A stretch of DNA of 64,000 nucleotides from Patescibacteria group bacterium (GTDB lineage Bacteria > Patescibacteriota > Patescibacteriia > Veblenbacterales > UBA10138). How positions within the stretch are numbered: the first letter of the stretch is position 1; every line of letters begins with the position of its first letter. Shown one piece after another: positions 41,589 through 50,639 of this stretch. The stretch lies in NCBI GenBank assembly GCA_041645215.1, contig JBAZQK010000005.1, positions 23,562 through 87,561 on the forward strand, given 5' to 3'. Position numbers and translations under genes: made by a program. The notes beneath the pieces were generated by a model. It did no database searches and was not told where the DNA came from. It saw only the letters and a list, made by a program, of their open reading frames with translations.

Positions 41589-42023
41589 ATTATTTTTAAT
41601 AGGTGTCATTCTGACCCCGTCAGACGAGGGAAGAATCTAATAAAATATCAATATATCTTCGAGGAGGTCATTCAGTACTCTATAATCCAGTACTCCGGCC
41701 ACCTCCTTTTAATTTAATTTTAAATCAGCAACTGCTTCAGTGCTTCGCAGCGCTAAAGCAGTTGATAGGTAGGAGATGATAATTATAACTCCAACATTGA
41801 CAGGGTTTAGACGAATCTATAATTGATTCCTCGTCTAAATCCTTTTTAATTTGGCTGTAATAAGCCATTTTTGTTAAATATGCACAATTTGAATTTGCCA
41901 GATTTGTTTTTTTATTATAAATTAAATATGTGCTTGTGGGCGCAAGCCCCGTTCAGCTAAGGATTTCCTAAGCTGAAGGCAAGCACATAACAACACCCCG
42001 CCTACGCGAGGTGTTTTTATTGT

Positions 42024-42491
42024 TCATTCATCGGCAATATTGTCAGTATATAGCTTTTGTGGCTCGCCGTGTTTAAGTTTTGAATAAGGCATTACACTCC
42101 AGAAAGTAATATTACCATCGCCAACCCGCCTCAATATGACTCGAATTTTAATTTGTTTTTGTCCGACTATTGCCACCAAAGCCCAATACTGAACTTCTTT
42201 GGTAAGGGATAGCCCGTCTCGTTTAGATTTTTTACCAATAATGATAAGGCTTTTTCGGTATTCTTGTACCGTACCGGATTTTTCTATTACTTTAAAAGCC
42301 AGCGGCAATAAACTGAATTTTAGCAGTTGTTCTTTTTTGTTTCTTTCCCGACGAGCGGAAAATTGTAAATGATGCAAACCGTCGGAATTAAGAATTATAT
42401 TAGTTTCAAAATAAGGATTATAAATACTATTTCGTGATTGAAAGAAGTTTTTAGCAATCGTTTTCTTTTCATTGAAATACGTGATGTCCAT
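42024..42491 (-). CDS. Hypothetical protein (island gene)
   Basis: 155-aa ORF, AT-rich, flanked by about 50-bp direct repeats at 41818-41870 and 42548-42595. Confidence 0.4.
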   Translation of the reverse strand: MDITYFNEKKTIAKNFFQSRNSIYNPYFETNIILNSDGLHHLQFSARRERNKKEQLLKFSLLPLAFKVIEKSGTVQEYRKSLIIIGKKSKRDGLSLTKEVQYWALVAIVGQKQIKIRVILRRVGDGNITFWSVMPYSKLKHGEPQKLYTDNIADE

Positions 42492-42590
42492 ATTTTTAGT
42501 TTATCAATTTTATAACAAAATGCAATCTGGCGGCGACCCTGAAGATCTATAATCGATTTCTCGTCTAAACCCTATTTAATTTGGTTGTTA

Positions 42591-43061
42591 TTAATGTTTA
42601 TCAGAAAGGACAGTTAGAGCGTGAGCTATCAAAATCTCAATGACCTTTTTGTCCGAATTATAGCAAGCTATAAAATCATCAACCCGCATAAGACTTCGTT
42701 CAAACGCGTCTTGGCTGGGTATGAAGTCGCTCAATCGGCAATCGCGGGAGGTATAAAACAACATTTGTTTATCATTCCCCTCAAACTGCAGAGTGGCGAA
42801 GGGAATCGCCTGACCATCTATTATAACGCCTGATTCTTCTTTTACCTCTCGCTGTAAGGCCGAGAGTAGGTTAGTATCCCCTGGCTCAACATGTCCGCCT
42901 GGTACATCCCAGCCTCGCTCATTCCGAGTTGCAATAATCTGACCATCTATAAAACCAAGCAAAAATACTGCGCTTACCGATTGTTTTTGAGGCAGGTGGT
43001 TCTCATCAATATACTGGATATGCAATTGGCCCAGTGTAATTTTTTCCAGTGGAGTAATCAT
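42591..43061 (-). CDS. Nudix hydrolase
   Basis: Nudix box GGHVEPGDTNLLSALQREVKEESG. Confidence 0.75.
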   Translation of the reverse strand: MITPLEKITLGQLHIQYIDENHLPQKQSVSAVFLLGFIDGQIIATRNERGWDVPGGHVEPGDTNLLSALQREVKEESGVIIDGQAIPFATLQFEGNDKQMLFYTSRDCRLSDFIPSQDAFERSLMRVDDFIACYNSDKKVIEILIAHALTVLSDKH

Positions 43062-43199
43062 TATTTCTTTCCCATTTGATTTAGTTGATTCAAGTCCTTA
43101 TCTTATTTATCTACGATCAACTGTTATTATATTATCATTTTACTTTTTATTCAAAACCAGTCTTTTTACCCTATAGGTGTTTTTTAATTTAAACGAATT

Positions 43200-43275
43200 A
43201 GTGCAAATACTTCCATACTTCCCAGTATCAAAGTATTTGTCGATTTTATAATTGTCATGATTTATGCTTAAGAAT
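43200..43275. repeat. Dispersed hairpin element copy overlapping the 3' end of the Nudix gene
   Basis: gtgcaaatacttccatacttcccagtatcaaagtatttgtcgattttataattgtcatgatttatgcttaagaatc; supplies the last 8 codons and the stop of the 43255..43785 gene. Confidence 0.75.
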
Positions 43276-43785
43276 CTCTTTATGCATTTCTGTGGTAATT
43301 GAGTTGCACCAATTATCAGGATTATCGTTTTTGTCAGCCAGGTATTCATCAAAACTAAGCCACCGCGTAGCTTCAATTTCGCCATCTTTAAAATTAAATT
43401 GAGTTGATGCTTGGTTTAAATAAAAAGCCAACATAACAGTTAGGTGTTTGTAATTTTCGCTCCTTTCTTTCCGCCAACAGGCTAGCCGACCATCATTAAG
43501 GTTTAGTCCCAGTTCTTCGTTTATTTCCCTGGCAACATTTTGTTCAAAGTTTTCCCCCTTAGCCACGTGCCCGCCAAAGTAAGTTTGCCATTTATTGGGA
43601 TTACCCTCGTTGTTAGTGGAGCGCTTGGAACAGAGAATTTTTCCATCAGGATTAATTACCCAAATATTGGTAACAGCATGCCAAATTCGGTATGGTTTTT
43701 GGTGTGCCTCGGCGCGGGTATGAGGTTCTACTGGGTTGCCGTTTTCGTCAAAGCAGGCTAGTAGTTCTGACGTATCTTTGGACAT
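43255..43785 (-). CDS. Nudix hydrolase
   Basis: Nudix box GGHVAKGENFEQNVAREINEELG. Confidence 0.75.
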   Translation of the reverse strand: MSKDTSELLACFDENGNPVEPHTRAEAHQKPYRIWHAVTNIWVINPDGKILCSKRSTNNEGNPNKWQTYFGGHVAKGENFEQNVAREINEELGLNLNDGRLACWRKERSENYKHLTVMLAFYLNQASTQFNFKDGEIEATRWLSFDEYLADKNDNPDNWCNSITTEMHKEILKHKS

Positions 43786-44072
43786 GATGTTCTATTAGTA
43801 ATCAGATACTATGAATTATAACATGAAAATTACAAACCCAAATTCTGCGAGATGGTCATACAGTACTCTTATTTAGTACTCCGACCACCTCTTTTTAATT
43901 TACCCTTGGCCTTGATTGTTTTGGTATTTATGCTAAAGTAACATGTTAAGTAAGGCAAAACCATTTTTTAGGAGTATAGTAAAGTTAAATTAAAAAAGAG
44001 TGGTTGAAATGTAATTATAAAGAAATAAATAAAGCTTTTTAAAAATTTGTAAACAATCTCAAGGGGTATGTC

Positions 44073-45710
44073 ATGGAAAATAATAAGAAAACAGTAGTAT
44101 TAGTTACCCCACCGTCGCATACTCACCGTACAGCCGAAGAAAACCTGGGAATTGGCTATTTAGCCTCAAGTTTGAGAGCTAAAGGTTTCCCAGTGGTAAT
44201 TATAGATGCTTGGTTATATAACTATCCAATAAATATTCTAGTGGAGAAAATATTGACGATAAAAAATATTCTTTTTGTCGGCATTTCTTGTTATCGGTCA
44301 TCTTTGGATGACGTTGGAAATGTTATAAAGCAACTTAGACCGCTTGGTTATAATGGTGTTGTTACAGTTGGTGGATTTGGTCCAACTTTTCATGATTCCG
44401 ATTTTCTTTCTGTTGGTGTGGATGTTGTGTTAAAAGGAGAAGCGGAAGATTCAATAGTTGAATTAGCTAACTTATTAAATAATCGCAATTATCAAAAAAA
44501 CAACTTATCTAAAATATCTGGAGCATCTTGGTTAGGCCAAGCTGGACAAATCAACCGCACTAATCCCATTAAGGCTGATCATTTAGATTCCTTGTTCTTT
44601 CCAGCGAGAGATACTATGGCAATGAATTTACAAATGAAAAATCCAGCTCATCTTGTTACCAGCCGTGGTTGCACTTCTAATTGCTTGTTTTGTTCCATAA
44701 TCTCGTTTGAGAGACTGACAAAAAATAGGGTTACCTGGCGACAGCGCAGTATAGGCAACATAATTGAAGAGATAAAATATCTTTTTAACGAATATGGCAT
44801 ATCTACCTTTAAAATCGTGGACGATAGCTTTATAGAAGAAGGTAGAGATGTGGTTTGGACGGAAACTTTCCTTAATGAGTTGCGCAAAAATAACCTTAAA
44901 ATTCGATTCCGCACTCAGGTAAAAGCGAACGTTCTAACCAGTGAGTTAGTTGTTTGCTTAAAAGAAGCCGGTTGGTTTTCGACCAGTGTCGGTATTGAAA
45001 ATTTTGCTGAGACGGCCTTGCGTCGGATGAATAAGTCTTCTAGTCTTGAGCAAAATTTAAACGCCTTGGCTATGCTAGAAGAAAACGGTATTTACGTAGT
45101 CATGAATCTGATCCTTTTTGATCACAGCACGACTTGGTCCGAGTTAAAAGAAAATCTCTTTTACTTAAACAAGTTTAGCTGGCCGGTCATTAAGGGTTTA
45201 TTTACGGAAATGTACGCAGCCGAAGGTACGGCTTATTCCAGATTGTTGAAAAAAAGGGGCGAGCTGCTACCCAATAGTAATTTCATGAATAGGCAGTATA
45301 ATTTAGTCAATCATGATGTGGGGGTGATTTATACTTGTTTAAAGAAATGGCATAAGTCCCATTCAGCCGTATATGATCACGCTATAAACGTAATTGCCGC
45401 GCCTAAAAACTTGCCAGATTATGGTTATCAGAAGTATTTCAGGGTTTATCGACCGCTTTATGATTTGGATTTGCAGTTTTTTGCCAAGTTAATTAGTTTA
45501 CTAGAACAGTCTGCTCATAAACAACTGCCGCAAGCCCTGGAGTTTACTAATAACTTTATAACAAATACAAAACAAATTTTCGCCACAGTGGAAGGGGAAG
45601 TAACAGATTTAGATTTAGACTTTGGTATTTCTTACCAAGCCGAGTCTAATCCTTTTTTACACATCCCAGGAGATAGAAATGGAAAATCTCATAGAAAAAA
45701 TACCTCCTAA
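44073..45710 (+). CDS. B12-binding domain radical SAM protein
   Basis: N-terminal Rossmann-like B12-binding region (VVLVTPPS...GISCY...VTVGGFGPT); CxxxCxxC cluster motif TSRGCTSNCLFCS. Confidence 0.75.
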   Translation: MENNKKTVVLVTPPSHTHRTAEENLGIGYLASSLRAKGFPVVIIDAWLYNYPINILVEKILTIKNILFVGISCYRSSLDDVGNVIKQLRPLGYNGVVTVGGFGPTFHDSDFLSVGVDVVLKGEAEDSIVELANLLNNRNYQKNNLSKISGASWLGQAGQINRTNPIKADHLDSLFFPARDTMAMNLQMKNPAHLVTSRGCTSNCLFCSIISFERLTKNRVTWRQRSIGNIIEEIKYLFNEYGISTFKIVDDSFIEEGRDVVWTETFLNELRKNNLKIRFRTQVKANVLTSELVVCLKEAGWFSTSVGIENFAETALRRMNKSSSLEQNLNALAMLEENGIYVVMNLILFDHSTTWSELKENLFYLNKFSWPVIKGLFTEMYAAEGTAYSRLLKKRGELLPNSNFMNRQYNLVNHDVGVIYTCLKKWHKSHSAVYDHAINVIAAPKNLPDYGYQKYFRVYRPLYDLDLQFFAKLISLLEQSAHKQLPQALEFTNNFITNTKQIFATVEGEVTDLDLDFGISYQAESNPFLHIPGDRNGKSHRKNTS

Positions 45711-46833
45711 TGAGAAATTAAGCATAGAAAATATCGGCTGGACATTAGGTAACGATTGTCCTTATAGATGCAATCAATGTTACAGTCTTACTGCCAGGTT
45801 AAAAGGTAAAGACTTGGAAAGCAAACACGTTGATAGAATAGTTGACCAATTAAGCATAAACAAGATAAAGACAGTTAATTTAGGTGGCAATGAGCCAATA
45901 TTCACTAACGGTTTGGATGTTAAAAAGACTAAATTGCCTTATATTATTAAGTCTTTAGTAGATAAGAACATCTTGGTCGGCTTAACCACGGCTGGTGTGA
46001 CACTTCAACACCTGATCAGGTATTATGGCGACTACTTTTTACTGCTTAATGATGTTGATGTAAGTATTGATAGTCCTTTTAAATGGGAACATGATAAAAA
46101 CAGGGGAGCTCAGTTGTTTGATTCGGCTATATGGGTCGCCAATATGTGTCAGGCTCAGGGGATTGAGCACACTTTGGTAATGTGCGGTATGAATTGGAAT
46201 CTCTCAGAAAGTCATTTGCAAGGCTTGATAAATTTAGCCAAAGCAACGGGTAGTAACTTGAGAATAAACTACTTGAAACCGATTGAAGAAAAACATTTGG
46301 ATATTTTTCCAAGTGCGCGACAATATTATGAATCGGCACAATACTTGATTGACAGATGTAGTATAGTTGATTTGGGTGAGCCATTACTGTCCTCGGTTTA
46401 TTCTGATTTGGAAAAAGGGTGTCCTTGCGGTACGAAATCTTTTAGAATTCATTCCATCACCCCTGATGGCAAGGTGCCGGTTAGCCCCTGCGTTTATATG
46501 CACGATTATCGGTATGGGGACTTACTTAAAGACGATTTGATAGATATCATCAACTCAAATCAATTTAAAGCCTTTCGTCAAAGACGAAGTAACCCAGCAA
46601 ACATTCCAGGATGTAATTGCTGTGAACACTTAAATAGTTGTCGTGGTGGTTGCGCTGCCCGTTCCAGTTTATTTCATAAAAATAAAAATATATTAGAAGT
46701 GAAAGATCCTTATTGTTTAAAGGATTATACTGAAACAATTGTGGGTTCGTCACTTATTTCTGATGTTAATTTTGGGCAAAAATCATTGGTACATAGAGAT
46801 TATTTGTGTACCCTTATCTTATCGCCTAAGTGA
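45679..46833 (+). CDS. Radical SAM protein with SPASM C-terminal domain (maturase-like)
   Basis: CPYRCNQC radical SAM motif; C-terminal Cys-rich SPASM-like region (CPCGTKSF...CVYMHD...GCNCCEHLNSCRGGCAARS); start 6 nt after GGAGA and overlapping the upstream gene by about 30 nt. Confidence 0.75.
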   Translation: MENLIEKIPPNEKLSIENIGWTLGNDCPYRCNQCYSLTARLKGKDLESKHVDRIVDQLSINKIKTVNLGGNEPIFTNGLDVKKTKLPYIIKSLVDKNILVGLTTAGVTLQHLIRYYGDYFLLLNDVDVSIDSPFKWEHDKNRGAQLFDSAIWVANMCQAQGIEHTLVMCGMNWNLSESHLQGLINLAKATGSNLRINYLKPIEEKHLDIFPSARQYYESAQYLIDRCSIVDLGEPLLSSVYSDLEKGCPCGTKSFRIHSITPDGKVPVSPCVYMHDYRYGDLLKDDLIDIINSNQFKAFRQRRSNPANIPGCNCCEHLNSCRGGCAARSSLFHKNKNILEVKDPYCLKDYTETIVGSSLISDVNFGQKSLVHRDYLCTLILSPK

Positions 46834-46899
46834 TAAAACAATGTTATAATTAAATGAGGAAGTTTAAGGCTTCCTCATTATTATTTTCTCATTAAATTT

Positions 46900-47244
46900 A
46901 TGGTAACCCAGGCCAAAAATTTTCTTAATAAAATTGTTAAAGTGAAGATTGATAGGCCATTAGGTGCCAAGCACCCTAAACATGATTTTATTTATGAAGT
47001 TAATTACGGGTTTGTGCCGGGTACTTTGAGTTCTGACCAAAAAGAATTGGATGCTTATGTTTTAGGAGTGGATGGGCCATTGGAAGATTTTGAGGGTAGA
47101 TGTATAGCAGTTATTCATCGTACCAACGATGATGATGATAAATTGGTAGTTATAGCGCCAAATTCTCCAAATATGTCAGACGAAGAAATAATGAAAAGGG
47201 TGAATTTTCAAGAGCAGTTTTTTAAGTCTCATATTATTAGGTAA
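46900..47244 (+). CDS. Short inorganic-pyrophosphatase-like protein
   Basis: NYGFVPGT and LDAYVLGVDGP resemble the family I PPase NYGFIPxT / DGDPLDVLV motifs; only 114 aa. Confidence 0.45.
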   Translation: MVTQAKNFLNKIVKVKIDRPLGAKHPKHDFIYEVNYGFVPGTLSSDQKELDAYVLGVDGPLEDFEGRCIAVIHRTNDDDDKLVVIAPNSPNMSDEEIMKRVNFQEQFFKSHIIR

Positions 47245-47307
47245 TTGTTCTTTGTAATAAAAATAAATGGCCTCCATTAAATGGCGGCCATTTTATTAAA
47301 TATGATT

Positions 47308-48204
47308 TTATTTAATCATGAAATCGGGTAGATATTCGAAGTGAGTACTTTTGTTAGTAACATGTTTCTTTTGTTCACGGCAGTTACATTTTATGCCTTT
47401 GATTTTAGAAAGTTTGGGTAGAGCGGCAAGAAATATATCAAACGTCTTTTTTCTGCCAGTAATGATGTTGTTATCAATACATGTGCGAGCCAAAGGATCT
47501 TGCGCTAAAAAACGTGCTCTAAGTTTTCTATCATCAATCGTAGCCGCTAATCCAACATAATGACATCCAGCTTCTCTGGCTAGTGTTGCCTCTATGTCAG
47601 CGGTTTGACCGACAACATCCCATCTGTTTTTTGCATAATAATTTAATTCAGCTTCTGTTTCAATGCGAGGATAACCATGAAAGCAGACGTATATACCTTT
47701 TTTGTGCACTTTAAAGGGTATAAGCTTTGTTGATTGTATTAAGACATCCGTGGCTTCAGCACAAAATGGTTTAAGCATATCAACGTTTCTAAAGCCAGTG
47801 TCCATGTTTCTTGTTTGATCATAACCACCCATGCCGACTAAATCGTTTAGGATGTATACATCGCCAGCCTGGCTGTTGGGCTTGATTGAACCACAAGTAA
47901 ACGTTCCAACAATCGTTTCTATACCCATACTTGAAAGTGTTTCTTGTGTAAGGAGGAAATTAATTTTTTGTGACGTAGATCTAATTCGATCAAATCTTCC
48001 ATATATGATAATAAATGGAATACCCGCATGTTTAGTTAAAAAACAGCGATTGTGGATGCCGATTTTTGTTTCTACTATGATGTGATTATACGGGTTCTTA
48101 TTTAAGAACCAGTCAGGTCTAGCAATAATAGCGACCTTAGTTTTGAATTCCTTGCTGGCTTGGGCAAGTGACTCAAAATTTACGTAAAGACTTTGACTTA
48201 TCAT
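47308..48204 (-). CDS. PNP/MTAP-family nucleoside phosphorylase with Cys-containing C-terminal extension
   Basis: GTFTCGS and VCFHGYPRIETEAE resemble MTAP/PNP phosphate- and ribose-binding regions; extra C-terminal tail ...KCNCREQKKH. Confidence 0.6.
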   Translation of the reverse strand: MISQSLYVNFESLAQASKEFKTKVAIIARPDWFLNKNPYNHIIVETKIGIHNRCFLTKHAGIPFIIIYGRFDRIRSTSQKINFLLTQETLSSMGIETIVGTFTCGSIKPNSQAGDVYILNDLVGMGGYDQTRNMDTGFRNVDMLKPFCAEATDVLIQSTKLIPFKVHKKGIYVCFHGYPRIETEAELNYYAKNRWDVVGQTADIEATLAREAGCHYVGLAATIDDRKLRARFLAQDPLARTCIDNNIITGRKKTFDIFLAALPKLSKIKGIKCNCREQKKHVTNKSTHFEYLPDFMIK

Positions 48205-48205
48205 A

Positions 48206-48832
48206 TTAACTCCTTTGTATAGGTATTACTTGAGAAATTATTGACAAGCATTCATTGATTGAGTTTTTTTCTGTATCCAGCATTAAGTAATTTCTATGCA
48301 ATCTAGTTACATGATAGATCAATCGTTCTTGCATAGTTGAAATCAAATCTGGTTTATTGAAAAACAAATGATCAATTTCAGTACTATTGCTGTTATCTTT
48401 AATTCTTTTGAGTATAATGTCTGGATTGGCTTGTAAAATAATAGTGAGATGAGGATTGATCAATAAGTTTCTTCGCAAATATTCATCAAGTAATAAAGAA
48501 TCAGCGTTTAGGTTGTGAATTTCTCTGAAGGTTGTTATTGATAAATCATATCTTTCTTGTACAACTGTTTCTCCTCTAGCAATACTCGGCAGAATAGAAT
48601 CACTTGTATCAAAAATGCAATCAGCCCAGTAGAAGGCAGTTGAATAACCAAGATCAGTTATTTCTTTTGATTTGACTTCGCTGGAAAAAGGGGAATTGCT
48701 CAAAGCGCCTCGTTTGTGTCGGATAATTTGTTTGCTATTGTTTCTTAATAGTTTAACTAACTCAATAGCCAGAGTCGTTTTTCCGCATTTAGGAGGAGAC
48801 TCAAAGACTATGAATAATCCTGGATTTTTCAT
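48206..48832 (-). CDS. Thymidylate-kinase-like P-loop (d)NMP kinase
   Basis: Walker A ESPPKCGKTT and DRY-like VVQERYDLS motif; 1-bp gap from the phosphorylase gene suggests an operon. Confidence 0.55.
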   Translation of the reverse strand: MKNPGLFIVFESPPKCGKTTLAIELVKLLRNNSKQIIRHKRGALSNSPFSSEVKSKEITDLGYSTAFYWADCIFDTSDSILPSIARGETVVQERYDLSITTFREIHNLNADSLLLDEYLRRNLLINPHLTIILQANPDIILKRIKDNSNSTEIDHLFFNKPDLISTMQERLIYHVTRLHRNYLMLDTEKNSINECLSIISQVIPIQRS

Positions 48833-49032
48833 GTCATTACCTCTTATTTAGTTTGTAATATACAATTTCAATTTAATTGATTTTGTTATTGTGTTTAGTT
48901 TTTGTTACTTTTTGTTTATCATATCTTAGTATTATTTGAGGTAAAGTCAAGCCTTGCTTTTTTTCTGTTAATTTGCTAGAATATTTTGAATAAATAAAAC
49001 TAAAAAAGAATATTAAAAATAGAGGTATAAAA

Positions 49033-50295
49033 ATGAAAGAAAAAATAACTTATGGTCTTGATTTTGGAACTTCCAATACGGCCATTGTGGCTAATTATAA
49101 GGGAATTCTTAGACCAATCCCCTTGTCTTCTGATGGCAGTTTGATAACTCCAACCGTATTGTATTTTCCGCCGGATGGCAGAGTGTACAAATTCGGAGAT
49201 GAGGCCGTTAAAGAATATCTCGCCCGAAAAATGAAAGGCAGATTTATGCAGTCGCTTAAATCGTTTTTACCAAGTGAGTCTTTTTCTGGAACTTATATCT
49301 CCGGTTTTGGGCACAGGTATCTGCATGACTTGATTGCCCTTATATTTTCCGAGGTTAAAAAAAGAGCCGACATTCTGATTGGTGAGAACATAAGATCGGT
49401 AGTTATCGGTATACCAGCTAAATTTGTTAATGAATTAGACAACTCTTCAAGAAATTTAGCAGAAGAAAGATTGCGCATGGCCGCTGATATGGTTGGTTTT
49501 AAAGAAGTTAATTTTATTTTAGAGCCAATAGCCGCGGCTTATTACTACGAAACTTTATTAAATTCATCGGAAACTGTTTTGGTTGGTGATTTTGGCGGCG
49601 GTACTACAGATTTCACTATTATGAATCTTTCTCCAAATGGTAATAAAAAAATTGACCGCAAGGACGATATTTTGGCAACCAGCGGTATACCCATAGCCGG
49701 GAATAACTTCACTTCGGACTTAATGCGCAACAAGTTGCTTAAATACTTTGGCCAAGGTAGCAAATTTAAGTCTTGGGACAAGTGGTTAGAAATGCCCGTT
49801 CATATTTTACAAATGATATGTAAATGGGAAAATTTAGCCTTTATGAGGACTCCGGAATACCGCAAGACCATAAATATGCTTCTCAATAAAACAGATGATT
49901 ACGATGGTATATCAAGATTGCACACTCTAATAGAAGATAATCTTGGTTATACATTGTTCCAATCTATAGAAAGAGCCAAAATTGAGTTGTCGGGAAATGT
50001 TGTATCAAAGATATTGTTTTCGGAAAGCAACATTAAAATTGACGAGGAGGTGTCTAGAGAGGAGTATGATTATTTGATAGGTTATATGTACGAAAAGATA
50101 GATGAGACTATACAAGAAATGTTAAAGGTCTCATCAAAAAATCCGAAAGATATCGATGCGGTATTCTTAACTGGCGGAACTTCTTTTACTCCACTGATAA
50201 AAGATTATTTTACTAAGAAGTTTGGTAAAAATAAGATTAAAAGTAAAGATAATTTTACCGATGTTGCCAACGGTTTGGCCGCTTCGATGGTATGA
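49033..50295 (+). CDS. Hsp70-family ATPase, nucleotide-binding domain only (YegD-like)
   Basis: Phosphate 1 GLDFGTSNTAIV, phosphate 2 VLVGDFGGGTTDFTI, and adenosine motif VFLTGGTSFTPLIKDYF; no substrate-binding domain. Confidence 0.7.
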   Translation: MKEKITYGLDFGTSNTAIVANYKGILRPIPLSSDGSLITPTVLYFPPDGRVYKFGDEAVKEYLARKMKGRFMQSLKSFLPSESFSGTYISGFGHRYLHDLIALIFSEVKKRADILIGENIRSVVIGIPAKFVNELDNSSRNLAEERLRMAADMVGFKEVNFILEPIAAAYYYETLLNSSETVLVGDFGGGTTDFTIMNLSPNGNKKIDRKDDILATSGIPIAGNNFTSDLMRNKLLKYFGQGSKFKSWDKWLEMPVHILQMICKWENLAFMRTPEYRKTINMLLNKTDDYDGISRLHTLIEDNLGYTLFQSIERAKIELSGNVVSKILFSESNIKIDEEVSREEYDYLIGYMYEKIDETIQEMLKVSSKNPKDIDAVFLTGGTSFTPLIKDYFTKKFGKNKIKSKDNFTDVANGLAASMV

Positions 50296-50361
50296 AATGA
50301 TTTCTAAAAATTGAACGGGACTTGAGAAATTGATTTTAATCAACTCAAGTCCCTATTTATT

Positions 50362-50525
50362 TGCCTGCGATTAGTGCAAATACTTCCATACCCACACACC
50401 AGTCCCGTCTGACGGGACCAGCCCGACCAAGTCGGAGCGGTGCGGCCTGCCCGCCTTGGGCGAGGACTTCGCTTCCCAATATCAAAGTATTGGTCGTTTT
50501 TAATTATCACAATTTATACTTAAGA
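50362..50525. repeat. Dispersed hairpin element copy with a longer nested GC-rich insert
   Basis: gtgcaaatacttccataCCCACACACCAGTCCCGTCTGACGGGACCAGCCCGACCAAGTCGGAGCGGTGCGGCCTGCCCGCCTTGGGCGAGGACTTCGCttcccaatatcaaagtattggtcg... Confidence 0.75.
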
Positions 50526-50639
50526 ATTTCCCTATATGTTTCCGCAGTAAAGGGTTGTCGCAGGACAACCCTTATTAATTGATTGCATGCATTTGACATA
50601 TTTTTTGTATTGTATTAGGATATAGAAAAATAGTTCTTT

